In this document: positions 48,768 through 60,133 of the stretch, piece by piece
Layout of the letters: the number at the start of each line of letters is the position of its first letter
How positions within the stretch are numbered: position 1 is the stretch's first letter
Source: an uncultured Solirubrobacterales bacterium
GTDB lineage: Bacteria > Actinomycetota > Thermoleophilia > Solirubrobacterales > Solirubrobacteraceae
Assembly: GCA_963773165.1 (NCBI GenBank)
Contig: CAVZAK010000036.1
Span: 16,080-80,079, forward strand
Length of the DNA: 64,000 nt
Direction: 5' to 3'
Program-made: the position numbers and the translations under genes
Notes under the pieces: generated by a model
Databases searched by the model: none
Seen by the model: the letters and a program-made list of their open reading frames with translations, nothing else
Told to the model about the DNA's origin: nothing

Positions 48768-49511
48768 GTGCTCGGCTTACCAGACGGTGTGACGGCTTGC
48801 CTGTTTGATCTCGACGGCGTCCTGACCCAGACGGCCAAGGTCCACGCTGCCGCGTGGAAGCAGACGTTCGACGACTACCTGCGTCAGCGGGCCGCCGACC
48901 GTGGCGAACAGTTCGTGCCGTTCGATCTGCACACCGACTACGACGAATATGTCGACGGCAAGCCGCGCTACGACGGGGTCCGCTCATTCCTCGAATCGCG
49001 CGGCATCCAACTGCCGCAAGGCAGCCCGACTGATCGTTCGAGCGACGAGACGATCGACGGGATCGGAAATCGCAAGAACGATCTGGTGCTCGAGATGGTC
49101 GACGAGCAGGGGGTCGAGCCGTACGAGGGGTCGGTCCGCTACGTACGCGCCGCTATCGACGCCGGTCTGCGCCGTGCCGTCGTCTCTTCGAGCACGAACA
49201 CACCCGAGGTCCTGAAGGCCGCGGGGATCATCGACCTGTTCGAGGAGATCGTCGACGGTGTGGTGGCCGAGCAACAGCACCTGAAGGGCAAGCCTGCGCC
49301 CGACACATATCTCGCCGGCGCCCGGGCACTTGCCGTGGAGCCCAAGCAGGCCGCCGTCTTCGAAGACGCGCTTGCCGGCGTCGAGGCCGGCCGGGCCGGC
49401 CACTTCGGTCGCGTGGTAGGGGTCGATCGAGTGGGCCAGGCACAGGCGCTGAGAGCGCATGGGGCCGATGTCGTCGTCCGCGACCTGGCCGAACTGCTGG
49501 ACGCCAAGTGA
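48768..49511 (+). CDS. beta-phosphoglucomutase family HAD hydrolase
   Basis: FDLDGV, VSSS, GKPAPD, FEDALAG; TACGGT -10 seven nt before GTG. Confidence 0.9.
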   Translation: MLGLPDGVTACLFDLDGVLTQTAKVHAAAWKQTFDDYLRQRAADRGEQFVPFDLHTDYDEYVDGKPRYDGVRSFLESRGIQLPQGSPTDRSSDETIDGIGNRKNDLVLEMVDEQGVEPYEGSVRYVRAAIDAGLRRAVVSSSTNTPEVLKAAGIIDLFEEIVDGVVAEQQHLKGKPAPDTYLAGARALAVEPKQAAVFEDALAGVEAGRAGHFGRVVGVDRVGQAQALRAHGADVVVRDLAELLDAK

Positions 49512-51862
49512 TCCAGCATCCGTCGTTCAGCGTCGAGCCGTGGGCCGTCCGGGAAACCGAGCTGCATCTCAACGCCCTCGCCCAGACGGAGTCAGTGCTG
49601 GCGCTGGGCAACGGTCACATCGGACTGCGCGGAAACCTCGACGAGGGCGAGCCCTACGGACTCCCGGGCACCTACCTGAACGGCCTCTACGAACTGCGTC
49701 CGCTCCCATATGCCGAGGCCGGCTACGGGAACCCGGAATCGGGTCAGACGGTCGTCAACGTCACCAACGGAAAGATCATCCGGCTGCTCGTCGACGACGA
49801 GCCATTCGACGTGCGTTACGGCGAACTGCGCAAGCACGAGCGTGTGCTTGATCTTCGCGACGGCGTGCTGCGCCGCACCGCGGAATGGGTATCTCCGACC
49901 GGACGTCCGGTGCGGATCTCCACGATCCGGCTCGTCTCGTTCTCGCAGAGGGCGATCGCGGCGATCTGCTACGAGGTCGAGCCGCTCGACGCCGCGACGC
50001 GGCTGGTCGTCCAATCCGAACTTGTCACCAACGAGCAGATGCCGCAAGCCGGCAACGATCCACGTACGGCCGCGGCGCTCGGAGCGGCGCTGCAGGCGGA
50101 AGTCCACGGTCACTTCGAGCGTGGCGCCGCGCTCGTCCACTCGACGAAGGCCAGCGGGTTGAAGATGGCGGCCGCGATGGACCACACGATCGATGGCCCT
50201 AATCACCCGGACGTGTCCATCGAGAGCTACGAAGATCTCGCGCGCCTGATCGTTGCCGCCGACGTGCCGGAGGGCGGCAAGCTGCGTGTTGTCAAGTTTC
50301 TGAGCTATGGGTGGTCGCGCCGGCGTTCGCTCGACGCAATTCGAGATCAGGTTCGCGCGGCGCTGGCCGAGGCGCGCCATACCGGGTTTGAAGGGTTGCT
50401 CAAGGTGCAGCGCTCGTACCTCGACGATTTCTGGGAACGGGCCGACGTGGAGATCGACGGTGATGCCGAACTGCAGCAGGCGGTCCGCTTCGCCCTGTTT
50501 CACCTTCTTCAGTCGGGAGCACGCGCTGAGCGCCGGGCGATCGCCGCGAAGGGGCTCACGGGTCCGGGGTACGACGGCCACACGTTCTGGGACACCGAGG
50601 CGTTCGTCCTTCCGGTCCTGACCTACACCGCGCCGCACGCCGTCCGCGACGGTCTGCGCTGGCGCCACTCCACGCTCGACCTCGCCCGCGACCGCGCGCG
50701 GGAGTTGTGTCTCAAGGGCTCTACGTTCCCATGGCGAACGATCCACGGCGAGGAATGCTCGGGCTATTGGCCGGCCGGGACGGCCGCCTTTCACAACAAC
50801 GCCGCGATCGCCGACGCCGTCGTCCGGTATCAGGCGGCCAGCGAGGACGAGGAGTTCGCGAGCGGTGTCGGCCTGGAACTGCTGGTCGAGACCGCGCGCA
50901 TGTGGCGCTCGCTGGGACACCACGACGCCAAGGGACGGTTCCGGCTGGACGGCATTACCGGTCCCGACGAGTACAGCGCGATTGCCGACAACAACGTCTA
51001 CACCAATCTGATGGCGGAGCGGAACCTGCGCGCGGCCTTCCACGCCGCGAAGCGCTATCCAGACGCCGCGAACAGCCTCGGCGTCGATCCGGAGGAGAGC
51101 GCCGGTTGGCGTGACGCGGCGAAGGAGATGCTCATCCCCTACGACGAGCAGCGCGGCGTTCACCCCCAGGCCGAGTCGTTCACCGAGCACGCCGTGTGGG
51201 ACTTCGACCACACCGACGCCGACGAGTACCCATTGCTGTTGCACTACCCGTACTTCCAGCTCTATCGCAAGCAGGTCGTCAAGCAGGCCGACCTAGTCCT
51301 CGCTCTGCATGTCCGCGGTGACTTCTTCACCGACGAGCAGAAGGCGAAAGACTTCGCGTACTACGAAGCGCTCACGGTGCGCGACTCGTCCCTGTCGGCG
51401 TGCACGCAGGCCGTTGTCGCCGCCGAGATTGGCCACATGGAGCTGGCATACGACTACCTGTCCGAGGCCGCCCTGATCGACCTTGGCGACCTGCAGCACA
51501 ACACGCGCGACGGACTCCACATCGCTTCGCTCGCGGGCACCTGGATCGCCCTCGTCGCCGGCTTGGGCGGTCTGCGCGATCACGACGGTGTCCTCAGCTT
51601 CGCACCACGTCTGCCCAGCGCTCTCTCCCGCCTGGCATTCCGTGTCATGTACAAGTGGCGAGGGCTGCTGGTCTCGGTCGTACCCGACGAGGTGACCTAC
51701 TCGCTTCGACAGGGCAAGGCGCTGGAGATCGTCCATCACGGCACAACCGTGACCGTCAAGCCCGACGCGCCGCTGAAGCTCCCGATTCCGGCGCGGGTCG
51801 ACCGCGAGACCCCGACGCAGCCGCGCGGGCGAGCCCCAACGCGGCGCAGGCCCTCGAAGTGA
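49508..51862 (+). CDS. GH65 disaccharide phosphorylase (kojibiose/trehalose/maltose type)
   Basis: [38 protein letters not shown]. Confidence 0.92.
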   Translation: MIQHPSFSVEPWAVRETELHLNALAQTESVLALGNGHIGLRGNLDEGEPYGLPGTYLNGLYELRPLPYAEAGYGNPESGQTVVNVTNGKIIRLLVDDEPFDVRYGELRKHERVLDLRDGVLRRTAEWVSPTGRPVRISTIRLVSFSQRAIAAICYEVEPLDAATRLVVQSELVTNEQMPQAGNDPRTAAALGAALQAEVHGHFERGAALVHSTKASGLKMAAAMDHTIDGPNHPDVSIESYEDLARLIVAADVPEGGKLRVVKFLSYGWSRRRSLDAIRDQVRAALAEARHTGFEGLLKVQRSYLDDFWERADVEIDGDAELQQAVRFALFHLLQSGARAERRAIAAKGLTGPGYDGHTFWDTEAFVLPVLTYTAPHAVRDGLRWRHSTLDLARDRARELCLKGSTFPWRTIHGEECSGYWPAGTAAFHNNAAIADAVVRYQAASEDEEFASGVGLELLVETARMWRSLGHHDAKGRFRLDGITGPDEYSAIADNNVYTNLMAERNLRAAFHAAKRYPDAANSLGVDPEESAGWRDAAKEMLIPYDEQRGVHPQAESFTEHAVWDFDHTDADEYPLLLHYPYFQLYRKQVVKQADLVLALHVRGDFFTDEQKAKDFAYYEALTVRDSSLSACTQAVVAAEIGHMELAYDYLSEAALIDLGDLQHNTRDGLHIASLAGTWIALVAGLGGLRDHDGVLSFAPRLPSALSRLAFRVMYKWRGLLVSVVPDEVTYSLRQGKALEIVHHGTTVTVKPDAPLKLPIPARVDRETPTQPRGRAPTRRRPSK

Positions 51863-51902
51863 CAGCGTCGTCAGCGGGCAGCTGAGGGATGGCCGCTCGG
51901 AT

Positions 51903-52304
51903 TCACCCGTCGAGCGTAAGCGCAGCCCACACCCGGTACCCGTGGTCTCGCTCGGTTCCCCAATCGACGGCGATGGCGTCGACCACCCGCAATCCAAGCC
52001 CGCCGATGGCCGCCTCGTCGCGACGCGCCACCTCGGCGCGCCGACCTGAGTATCCGGGATCCAGCACGGAGATCACGAGGCTGTCGTCGAGGCGGCGGAC
52101 GGTCACCTCGATCAGATCTTCGATGCGGCTGCCCGAATGCAGGACCGCGTTGGTGACCAGCTCGCTGGCGACGAGCATCGCGTCGCCAAGAACGGATCCA
52201 ACCCCCGCGACCCGTGCCAGTTCCTCCCGAACAATCGCCGGAGCAGCCCGATCGGAGGGGACGACAACTCGCAGGACTAACCGTTCCTGCTCCACCCTGT
52301 TCAC
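51903..52304 (-). CDS. RsbW-like HATPase (anti-sigma/Ser-Thr kinase type)
   Basis: SELVTNAVLH, DPG, GGLGLRVV, VWA. Confidence 0.82.
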   Translation of the reverse strand: MNRVEQERLVLRVVVPSDRAAPAIVREELARVAGVGSVLGDAMLVASELVTNAVLHSGSRIEDLIEVTVRRLDDSLVISVLDPGYSGRRAEVARRDEAAIGGLGLRVVDAIAVDWGTERDHGYRVWAALTLDG

Positions 52305-52416
52305 TTACCCGTGGCGCGCCACATCGAAGCTCGATCGTTTGCGCGCCGAGAGGCCGGATGACTCGCGCGGTCGCTCCTGCCTGATCCCGTAACTCTGCTT
52401 GACGACCCGTTGAGCT

Positions 52417-53286
52417 TTACTTGGAATCCCTGGGGCGATGGCGAGCCACGTCGGCGAGGATCCGCGGGCTGTCGATGATCACTCGGCGCTCCCGCAGCCG
52501 GGTCAGCAGCGGCGCCTGATCGGCCAAGGCGACGACTGTCGCGGCGGCCGGTCGGGACGTGATCGTCAGTGGCGCGACCTGCGAATCGCTGAGCTGTCCG
52601 TCCACTTCTAGCCGAGCACCGCTGTATCGCACAGCGGCGATCACCCGGACCTCCGCGCCGGAGGCGACCACCAGCGGCGGGCACGAGCCGCCGTGGGCGG
52701 TGAGCGGCGTGATCAGGAAGGCATCGGTGTCAAAGGTGAGGAGCGGCCCACCGGCGGCCAGCGCGTAGGCGCTGGAGCCGACGGGCGTGCTCACGATGCA
52801 TCCGTCGCCGACAAAATCGACGAACAGCGCCCCGTCGACCATCACGGTGATCTCAATCTGGCCCTGGCCCGTGCGCACGATTGCCAGATCGTTGAGCGCG
52901 AACAGCGCCTCGCCGTCGTCCGTGACGATGTCGAGCGCCGGCAACCGGCGGGCGACCCACTCTCCGGCTTGGAAGCGATCGAGCGCAGCCGCGATCTTGA
53001 CGGCCGGGACCGCCGTCAGCACGCCAAGGCTCCCGCAGGCGATCCCGAGGACGGGAACCGCGACCCGGGCAGCGGTACGCAGGGCCGCCAGCATCGTCCC
53101 GTCGCCGCCGATCGAGACGATCAGCTCGCAGTCGCCCGGATCCCCGGGGACGGCGACCGGCGGCTGCGGAAAGCCGGCGGGAACCTGGACCACCTCGACC
53201 GCATGGAGCGCGGCCCACGCTCGCAGCGCGTTCAGCGGACCCTCGAGCGGCCTGGTGGGATGAACGATCACACCGACGCGCGCCAT
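52417..53286 (-). CDS. nadK: NAD(+)/NADH kinase
   Basis: GGDGT, ALND, GDG..VSTPVGSSAYALAAGGP. Confidence 0.88.
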   Translation of the reverse strand: MARVGVIVHPTRPLEGPLNALRAWAALHAVEVVQVPAGFPQPPVAVPGDPGDCELIVSIGGDGTMLAALRTAARVAVPVLGIACGSLGVLTAVPAVKIAAALDRFQAGEWVARRLPALDIVTDDGEALFALNDLAIVRTGQGQIEITVMVDGALFVDFVGDGCIVSTPVGSSAYALAAGGPLLTFDTDAFLITPLTAHGGSCPPLVVASGAEVRVIAAVRYSGARLEVDGQLSDSQVAPLTITSRPAAATVVALADQAPLLTRLRERRVIIDSPRILADVARHRPRDSK

Positions 53287-53295
53287 TGATCGCCT

Positions 53296-55185
53296 CTACG
53301 ACGCCACCACGGCGCGGGCTCGGGCCGCACGCACCTCGGAGGACAGCGTCGCGATGTCGTAGGCGCCGTAGTGGCGCCGGCCGTTGATGAAGAACGTCGG
53401 CGTCCCCGACACCCCGCTGAGGTCGGCCGATTCCACGTCCTCAATCACCCGCCCGGCGCCCTTGCGCTTCATGAGGTGCTCGTGGAATTTCTCCCCCTCG
53501 AGTCCGAGTTCATCGGCGTATCGCATCAGGTCGCGCCCGGACAGCGCGTCCTGGTGCTCGAGCAGAACGTCGTGCATCTCCCAGAAGTACCCCTGAGCGG
53601 CGGCGGCTTCGGATCCCTCCGCGGCGAGTTGCGCATTCGGATGAACGTCGTTCAGCGGGAGGTGGCGCCACACGTACCGGACATCGCCGAAGTCAGCGAG
53701 GAGCTTGCGGATGATCGGCTCGGCCTGGCCGCAGTACGGGCATTCGAAGTCCCCGTACTCGACGACCGTCACGGGCGCCTGCTCCGGACCGCGGATGTGG
53801 TCTCGGTCGTCATCGACCGCGACGGCGAGATCGACCAGCGTCTCGGCCGTGCCCAGCAGCGCGAGCAGCCGTACACGCCTTGGGAGCCGCTTCGTGACCT
53901 GGAGGACCAGCCACGTCAGAACCGACGCACACAATCCGGCCGTGAGCACGCCGAGCTTGGCTTCTTCGAGCTGGCGCCCGGAGAAGGCGAGCGTCGCGAT
54001 CAGGATCGAGACGGTGAATCCGATGCCGGCGATCGCTGCGCCGCCCAGCACTGACGCCCAACCCACCGGCGGGCGGATACGTCCGCGGCTGATCCGCGTG
54101 ACCAGCCACGTCGAACCTGCGATGCCGATCGGCTTGCCGACGACGTAGCCGACGATGATGCCGAGCGTGATCGGGGATGTGTACGCCTCCGAGAGAAAGC
54201 CTCCGTTGATCACGATCCCGGCGTTTGCCAGCGCGAACAGTGGGACGATGACGTAGCTCGTGAACGGGTGGTAGAGCTGCTGCAATCGCTCATTGGGCGA
54301 GACCGCCGAGCGCAGCCCGGCCCGCGCGCCCTGAGCCAGCTCCGAGGTCGGCTGCTCGCGGAACAGGCGGAACAGGTCGGTGGCGCGCTCGAGGTCGCCG
54401 CGCGCCGCGGGATACGCGATCGTCGCCAGACCCATGGCGAGCCCGACGACGACCGGATCGACGCCGGACTTCAAGAACGCCACCCATGCCGTCGCACCGA
54501 GCAGTGCATACACGGCGCCGTTGCGCACCCGGCGCGACCGTACGATCAGTACGACGACGAACACCAGTAGTCCAATCGCCAGCGGCACCGCGTGAATCGA
54601 GCTGCTGTAGGCGATGACGATCACGACGAGCGCCACGAGGTCGTCGGCGACGGCGACGGTCAGGATGAACGCCCGCAGGCTGTCCGGGAAGCGTCTACCG
54701 ACGAGCGCGAGCATTCCGAGTGCGAACGCGGTGTCGGTCGACATCGCGGTGCCCCAGCCGTGGCTCGACGAGCGTCCCGCGTTGAAGGCCAGAAAGATCA
54801 GGACCGGAACGACCATCCCTCCGATGCCGGCGACGACCGGGAGCACGAGCCGTCGGCGATCGCGCAGCTCACCCAGATCGAACTCGCGCCTGGCCTCGAG
54901 CCCGATAACGAAGAAGAAGAAGGTCATCAGCCCCGAGTTGACCCACTCGCGTAGATCTTGACTGACCCCGGAGCCGCCGATCGTGATCGACAACACGGTT
55001 GTCCACACCCGCTCGTAGGAGGCCTGATCGACGTTGACCCAGGCGAGCGCCGCCAGCGTCGCCCCGAGCAGGATCGCTGCGCTCCCGGTTTCGGTGCGCA
55101 GAAAGTTGCGCAGTGGCGCTTCGAGATTGCGCGCCCACGCGGTCCGGCCTGTGAACGGCGCGGCGGTCGCGGTCGCGTCGGTCAT
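53296..55185 (-). CDS. nhaA: Na+/H+ antiporter NhaA fused to a DsbA/thioredoxin domain
   Basis: WVNSGLMTFFFF, GWGTAMSTDTAF, AVADD, GKPIG, GIGFTVS; C-domain YGDFECPYC...SGTPTFF. Confidence 0.92.
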   Translation of the reverse strand: MTDATATAAPFTGRTAWARNLEAPLRNFLRTETGSAAILLGATLAALAWVNVDQASYERVWTTVLSITIGGSGVSQDLREWVNSGLMTFFFFVIGLEARREFDLGELRDRRRLVLPVVAGIGGMVVPVLIFLAFNAGRSSSHGWGTAMSTDTAFALGMLALVGRRFPDSLRAFILTVAVADDLVALVVIVIAYSSSIHAVPLAIGLLVFVVVLIVRSRRVRNGAVYALLGATAWVAFLKSGVDPVVVGLAMGLATIAYPAARGDLERATDLFRLFREQPTSELAQGARAGLRSAVSPNERLQQLYHPFTSYVIVPLFALANAGIVINGGFLSEAYTSPITLGIIVGYVVGKPIGIAGSTWLVTRISRGRIRPPVGWASVLGGAAIAGIGFTVSILIATLAFSGRQLEEAKLGVLTAGLCASVLTWLVLQVTKRLPRRVRLLALLGTAETLVDLAVAVDDDRDHIRGPEQAPVTVVEYGDFECPYCGQAEPIIRKLLADFGDVRYVWRHLPLNDVHPNAQLAAEGSEAAAAQGYFWEMHDVLLEHQDALSGRDLMRYADELGLEGEKFHEHLMKRKGAGRVIEDVESADLSGVSGTPTFFINGRRHYGAYDIATLSSEVRAARARAVVAS

Positions 55186-55195
55186 CGCTGTCCGT

Positions 55196-56770
55196 CTACC
55201 ACGTGTCCACGAAGCCGTGCGGCCGGCGGCGCCCTGGACGGTGGGAAGCCGCAGCGAGCGTCGAGGCGATCAGCGTTCGCGTCTCGGCCGGGTCGATCAC
55301 ATCGTCGAGCTCGAACAGCATCGCCGCGTTGATCGCCTTGGCGTTTTCCTGGGCCGCTGCCGTCACGTCTTGCACCCGCTGCTCGCGCGCGTCCTCGTCC
55401 TCAATCGCCTCGAGTTCCTTCCGAAGCCCCAGACGGACCGCTCCTTCGAGCCCCATCGGGCCGAGATGGGCCGACGGCCAGGCGACCGTTAACAACGGCT
55501 CGTGGAGACTTCCCGCCGTCATCGCCTGTGCGCCGAGCCCGTATCCCCGGCGCAGGATGACGGCCACGAACGGGACCCGAAGCGCGGCACCGGCGATCAG
55601 CAATCGGGAGGTGTGACGAACCAAGCCGGTCGCCTCGGCCTGCGGCCCGACCATCATGCCGGGCGTGTCGACGAGTGAGATCACCGGCACGCCAAAGGCG
55701 TCGCATAGCTGCAGGAAGCGGGCGGCCTTGTCTCCGGCGTCGCTCGTGATCGCTCCCGCCATGTACATCGTGTTGTTGGCGATGAACCCGACGGCCCTGC
55801 CCTCGATGCGAGCGAGCGCGGTCGCCATCTCCGGCGCGAACCGCTCCCGCAGGAACGTGACCGACCCCTCGTCGGCCAGCGTCTCGATGATCGGCTCGAC
55901 CTTGTACGCGCGCCGCTGTCGTTCGGGAACCAGGTCGCGCAGCCGGCTCTGGTCCGGGGTGCGTCCCGGCTCGACGGCGCCCTGGAAGTAGGAGATCAAC
56001 CGCTTGGTCACCGCCACGGCCTCCCGCTCATCGGCGACGACGACATCGACGACCCCGTTGCGCGCCTGGACGTCGATCGGCCCGACGGCGTCCGGGTCGA
56101 CGTCGCCCAGGCCGCCGCCGGCAATCATCGCCGGGCCGCCCATCCCGATCGACACGTTCTCGGTGGCGACGATCAGATCCGAGCAGCCGGCGATCACCGC
56201 GTTGCCGGCGAAGCAGCGGCCGGCGACGATCGCGATCCGTGGAACCAGGCCCGACAGGCGCGCCCACAGCGCGAACGCCCGGGTGTCGAGCGCAGAGACG
56301 ACGGGGTAGTCCGTGTCGCCGGGCCGCCCCCCGCCGCCCTCGGCGAAGAACACGGTCGGCAGCCGCATTCGCTCGATCAGCTCGAACAGGCGGTCCTTCT
56401 TGCGGTGACCGAGCGCGCCCTGCGTCCCGGCGAGGACCGTGTAGTCATAGGAGAGGACGGCGCACGCGCTCCGATCGCCGAACTGATCACCGTTGATCCT
56501 GGCCGTCCCGCCAACGAGGCCGTCCGCCGGCGTGCGCTCGATCAGCTCCTGGAGATCGCGGCGCGAGCGCTGCGCGGCGATCGCGAAACGCCCGTACTCG
56601 ACGAACGAGCCGGGGTCGACGAGGTCGACGATGTTCTCCCGCGCGGTCCGGCCGCCACCGGCGTGGCGCCGTTCGACGGCCTCGGTTCGAGCGCCATCCT
56701 CGGTCAGCGCTCGGCGCTCGAGAAGCTCGGCCAGATCCGTCTGCTCGGTGGTCGTTTCGTCCCGCTCCAC
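55196..56770 (-). CDS. acyl-CoA carboxyltransferase domain protein
   Basis: DPGSF, YDYTVLAGTQG, EGGGGRPGD, CFAGNA, VDTPG, DDVIDPAETR; start GTG 56770 inferred (ORF track reads through from 57184). Confidence 0.88.
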   Translation of the reverse strand: MERDETTTEQTDLAELLERRALTEDGARTEAVERRHAGGGRTARENIVDLVDPGSFVEYGRFAIAAQRSRRDLQELIERTPADGLVGGTARINGDQFGDRSACAVLSYDYTVLAGTQGALGHRKKDRLFELIERMRLPTVFFAEGGGGRPGDTDYPVVSALDTRAFALWARLSGLVPRIAIVAGRCFAGNAVIAGCSDLIVATENVSIGMGGPAMIAGGGLGDVDPDAVGPIDVQARNGVVDVVVADEREAVAVTKRLISYFQGAVEPGRTPDQSRLRDLVPERQRRAYKVEPIIETLADEGSVTFLRERFAPEMATALARIEGRAVGFIANNTMYMAGAITSDAGDKAARFLQLCDAFGVPVISLVDTPGMMVGPQAEATGLVRHTSRLLIAGAALRVPFVAVILRRGYGLGAQAMTAGSLHEPLLTVAWPSAHLGPMGLEGAVRLGLRKELEAIEDEDAREQRVQDVTAAAQENAKAINAAMLFELDDVIDPAETRTLIASTLAAASHRPGRRRPHGFVDTW

Positions 56771-56813
56771 CAGCTCATTAAATCCGGAGCGGGTAGCCGG
56801 CGATGTCGGGCGC

Positions 56814-57819
56814 TCAGTCGCGGGCGATGTCGGGCGGTTCGGCTCTGCCCACGCCGGCGCGGGAGCGAACGCTCCTGACGATCGCTCCGGCATCGGGGAT
56901 GTAGGCATCCTCGAGCGTCGGGCTGTACGGGATCGGGGTCTCGTCGCTCGCGACGATCCACACATCGTCGAGATCGTGGAGGGCCTGCTCCGCCACGGCG
57001 CCGAGTAACCCGGTCGCCCATCCTCCCGTCCGCGGACCCTCCTCCACGGCCAGCAACCGGTTCGTCCGCGCCACGGACTCGAGCACGGTCCCGACGTCGA
57101 GCGGACGGAGGGTCCGCAGGTCGACGACCTCGGCCGAGACTCCGTCGGTGGCGAGCTCCTCGGCCGCCGCCAGCACGTCGGCAACGCCCTTGCCGATCGA
57201 CACGATCGTCAGGTCGTCGCCGTGGCGAGGGGTCCCCGCCCTCCCGAGCGGGATCGTCTCGCGTCTCGGGTAGCGGGCCCTTGACCGAATAGAGGCGCTT
57301 GTGCTCGAGGAAGACCACCGGATTGTCGTCGCGGATCGACGCCTTCAGGAGTCCCTTCGCCTCCGCCGGCGAGGACGGGAACACGATCTTCAGTCCCGGG
57401 ACCCCCTGGTACCAGGTGCCGTGAGTCTGGGAATGGATCGCCCCGAACCGGCCGCCACCACCAACGGCCGAGCGCACGACGAGCGGCACCGTGCCCTGCT
57501 CGGCGGAGATGTACCAGAACTTCGCCGTCTGGTTGACGAGGCTGTCCATGGCCAGGCCCATGAAGTCGCCGAACATCACCTCGAACACGGGACGCAACCC
57601 TGTGACGGCGGCTCCGTAGGCGGCGCCGGCGAGGGCCAGCTCTGAGATCGGGGTGTCGAACACGCGCTCCGGGCCGAACCGGTCGAGCAGCTCAGGGGTC
57701 GCATTGAACACGCCCCCGGCAGCGGCGACGTCCTCTCCGAAGAACACGACCGACGGGTCGCGCTCGAGCTCCTCCGCCAGCGCGTCGCGGATCGCCACGC
57801 GAAACTCGAGCGTGCTCAT
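56814..57819 (-). pseudogene. 2-oxoacid/acetoin dehydrogenase E1 beta subunit with apparent +1 frameshift near 57261
   Basis: GEDV, FDTPISE, EHKRLY in ORF 57819; C-half (DLRTLRPLD, VEE) in ORF ending 56814; 1006-1 nt = 335 codons; possibly a sequencing error. Confidence 0.85.
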
Positions 57820-58793
57820 GCCCGGAACTCGGTCGCGGCTTCCGACTCGGGATCCGGATACGGCGCCGCGAGCGCGCCGGCGATCGCCCGATCGAGCAAC
57901 TCCGTCGTGGCCTCGTCGGTCGCCGCAATCTGCTCTTCAGTGATCCCGTGGTCGAGCAGGCGGGCGCGGGCGATCTTCAGAGGGTCGCGAGCCATCCACT
58001 CCTCGACTTCCTGCTTGGGCCGGTATGTCGCGGGGTCGCCCTTCGAATGTCCGTAATGGCGGTAGGTGCGGCACTCCAGCAACGTCGGCCCACCGTCCTG
58101 CCTCGCACGGTCGACCGCGACCCGAGCCGAATCGTGAACGGCCCACAGATCGTTGCCGTCGACCACCGCCGAGGGCATCGCGTACGCCTGCGCGCGTGCT
58201 GCGATATCGCCCCCAGCAGTGACCGTCGACATCGGCGTGAATTCGCCGTAGAGGTTGTTCTCGCACACGAACACCGCCGGCAGCGAAAGAACCTGCGCCA
58301 TGTTCAGGCATTCGTGGAAGTAGCCCTGGTTGGCGGCGCCGTCGCCGAAGAACGCCACCGCAACCCGGCCCTGGCGCTTGGCCGACAGCGCGGCGCCGAG
58401 CCCGGCCGCGATCGATCCGCCGACGATCCCGTAGCACCCGACCAGCCCGTGGTTGATGTCGATCACGTTCATCGAGCCGGCCCGGCCCGCGCAGATGCCG
58501 GTGGCGCGGCCGAGCATCTCGGCCGCCAGCGGCTCCGGCGGGGTCCCCTTGGCGAGCGCGTGGCCGTGGCCACGGTATGTGCCGGTGACGTAGTCGCTCG
58601 GCTGGAGCGCCATGCAGACGCCGACTGCGACGGCCTCCTGGCCTGCCGAGAGGTGCGTCGTGCCGTGGATCTCGCCGCGGAGAAACAGGCGATGCATGGA
58701 CGTCTCGAACAACCGGATGAGCAGCATCCTGGCGTAGCCATCGAGATACGTCGCGGCCTCCTCGGTTTGCTGCGAAGGCTCGACCCTGGCCAT
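57816..58793 (-). CDS. TPP-dependent dehydrogenase E1 alpha subunit (PDH/acetoin type)
   Basis: HLSAGQEA, YRGHGH, FFGDGA...ENNLY, TYRHYGHS; start ATG 58793. Confidence 0.9.
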   Translation of the reverse strand: MARVEPSQQTEEAATYLDGYARMLLIRLFETSMHRLFLRGEIHGTTHLSAGQEAVAVGVCMALQPSDYVTGTYRGHGHALAKGTPPEPLAAEMLGRATGICAGRAGSMNVIDINHGLVGCYGIVGGSIAAGLGAALSAKRQGRVAVAFFGDGAANQGYFHECLNMAQVLSLPAVFVCENNLYGEFTPMSTVTAGGDIAARAQAYAMPSAVVDGNDLWAVHDSARVAVDRARQDGGPTLLECRTYRHYGHSKGDPATYRPKQEVEEWMARDPLKIARARLLDHGITEEQIAATDEATTELLDRAIAGALAAPYPDPESEAATEFRA

Positions 58794-58809
58794 GCTCGTG
58801 CGATAGTAT

Positions 58810-58823
58810 CGCAAACGATTGCA
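58810..58823. promoter_or_regulatory. LacI-type operator CGCAAACGATTGCA
   Basis: TGNAANCGNTTNCA-like; lies between divergent E1a and E2; 13/14 match to the site at 61147. Confidence 0.7.
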
Positions 58824-58867
58824 GTCCTGGTCCGTGGCTCGTTCTGGGCCTTCGGCAGCGAAGACAC

Positions 58868-60108
58868 TTGACTCTCGAAATCGTCATGCCCCGCCTGTCG
58901 GACTCAATGGAGGAGGGCACGATCGTGAAATGGCTGGTCGCGCAGGGCGATGCGGTCGAGCCTGGCCACCCACTGGTCGAGATCGAGACCGACAAGGCGA
59001 CCGTCACCTACGAGGCGGACGACTCTGGGGTAATCGTCGCGCTGCATGTGAGAGAGGGCGCGTTGGTCCCGGTGGGCGCGCCGATCGCCGTTCTCGGCGA
59101 GGCCGGCGATGAGCTGATCACAGAGAGGTCAGCCGGCGCGCTCGCCACCAGCGCTGGCGCCGACGCAGTGCGTCCGTTTCGCGCGCGTGATCGCCCGAGC
59201 GTCCGGATCACTCAGGCGCCGGGGCAACGGTCCCTTCCCTACCTGTTTCTGCGCGAGCAAAAGCGTCGCCCCTGGCCCGCCGCCTCGCCCGCGAGCGCGG
59301 CGTCGACCTGGCCGCGCTGAACGGGTCAGGGCCCGGCGGGCGTGTGATCAGAGCCGACGTCGAGCGGGCGGCGGCCGGACCGAATGGTGGCGCCGCGCCG
59401 GAGCCGGCCACTGGCAACAAGGGCGAGGTCACGAGGCATGAGCTCACGCGGAACCAGGAAACGGTCGCGCGGCGCATGTCGGAGTCGCGCGCCACCGTCC
59501 CCGACATCGAGCTTCGCCGCGAAATCGACATGACCGCCACCGCCTCCGCCCGTGAGCAGCTGCGCGGCGTGGTGGACCCGGTCCCCTCGTACAACGACTT
59601 CATCGTCAGGGCGGTTGCGCTGGCTCTGCGTGACTTCCCGCGCGTCAACGGCGCCTACCGGGACTCGTCGTTCGAGACCTACTCGCGCGTGAACGTTGGG
59701 ATCGCGGTCGCGGCCCCTGACGCGCTCGTCGTTCCGACGATCTTCGATGCCGACACGAAGTCGATCGCCGAGATCGCCGTCCTCTCGCGCGAGCTCGCCG
59801 CCCGCGTGCGCGAAGGACGGATCTCACCAGCCGACGTCAGCGGCGGGACGTTCACGGTCACGAACCTCGGGATGCACGGCGTTGACAGCTTCAGCGCCGT
59901 GATCAATCCCCCGCAGGCGGCGATCCTGGCAGTCGGGTCCGTACGACCGCGTCCGATCGTCGACGAGAGCGGTGCTGTCGTCGCCCGCCCGACGGTGCTG
60001 CTGACGCTCGCCTGCGACCATCGGATCGTCTACGGCGCCGACGGCGCCGCGTTCCTGGCACGCCTCGCCGACCTGCTCGAGCGTCCTCTGCTGCTGTTCG
60101 TCCAGTAG
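58868..60108 (+). pseudogene. dihydrolipoamide acyltransferase E2 with apparent frameshift in the linker (about 59100-59250)
   Basis: lipoyl ETDKA in frame 2; ASPLARRLA...GSGPGGRV and catalytic DHRIVYG in frame 1; 1241 nt, one short of 414 codons. Confidence 0.85.
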
Positions 60109-60133
60109 CGGCCGGCCCGGCTCTCGCCGCGGC

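Noticed and set aside
49592-51244. 550-aa antisense ORF inside the GH65 gene
   Set aside because: Antisense shadow caused by codon bias
56799-56836. 14-bp direct repeat GGCGATGTCGGGCG across the E1b stop
   Set aside because: Two copies only, no mobile element; not a CRISPR or target-site duplication
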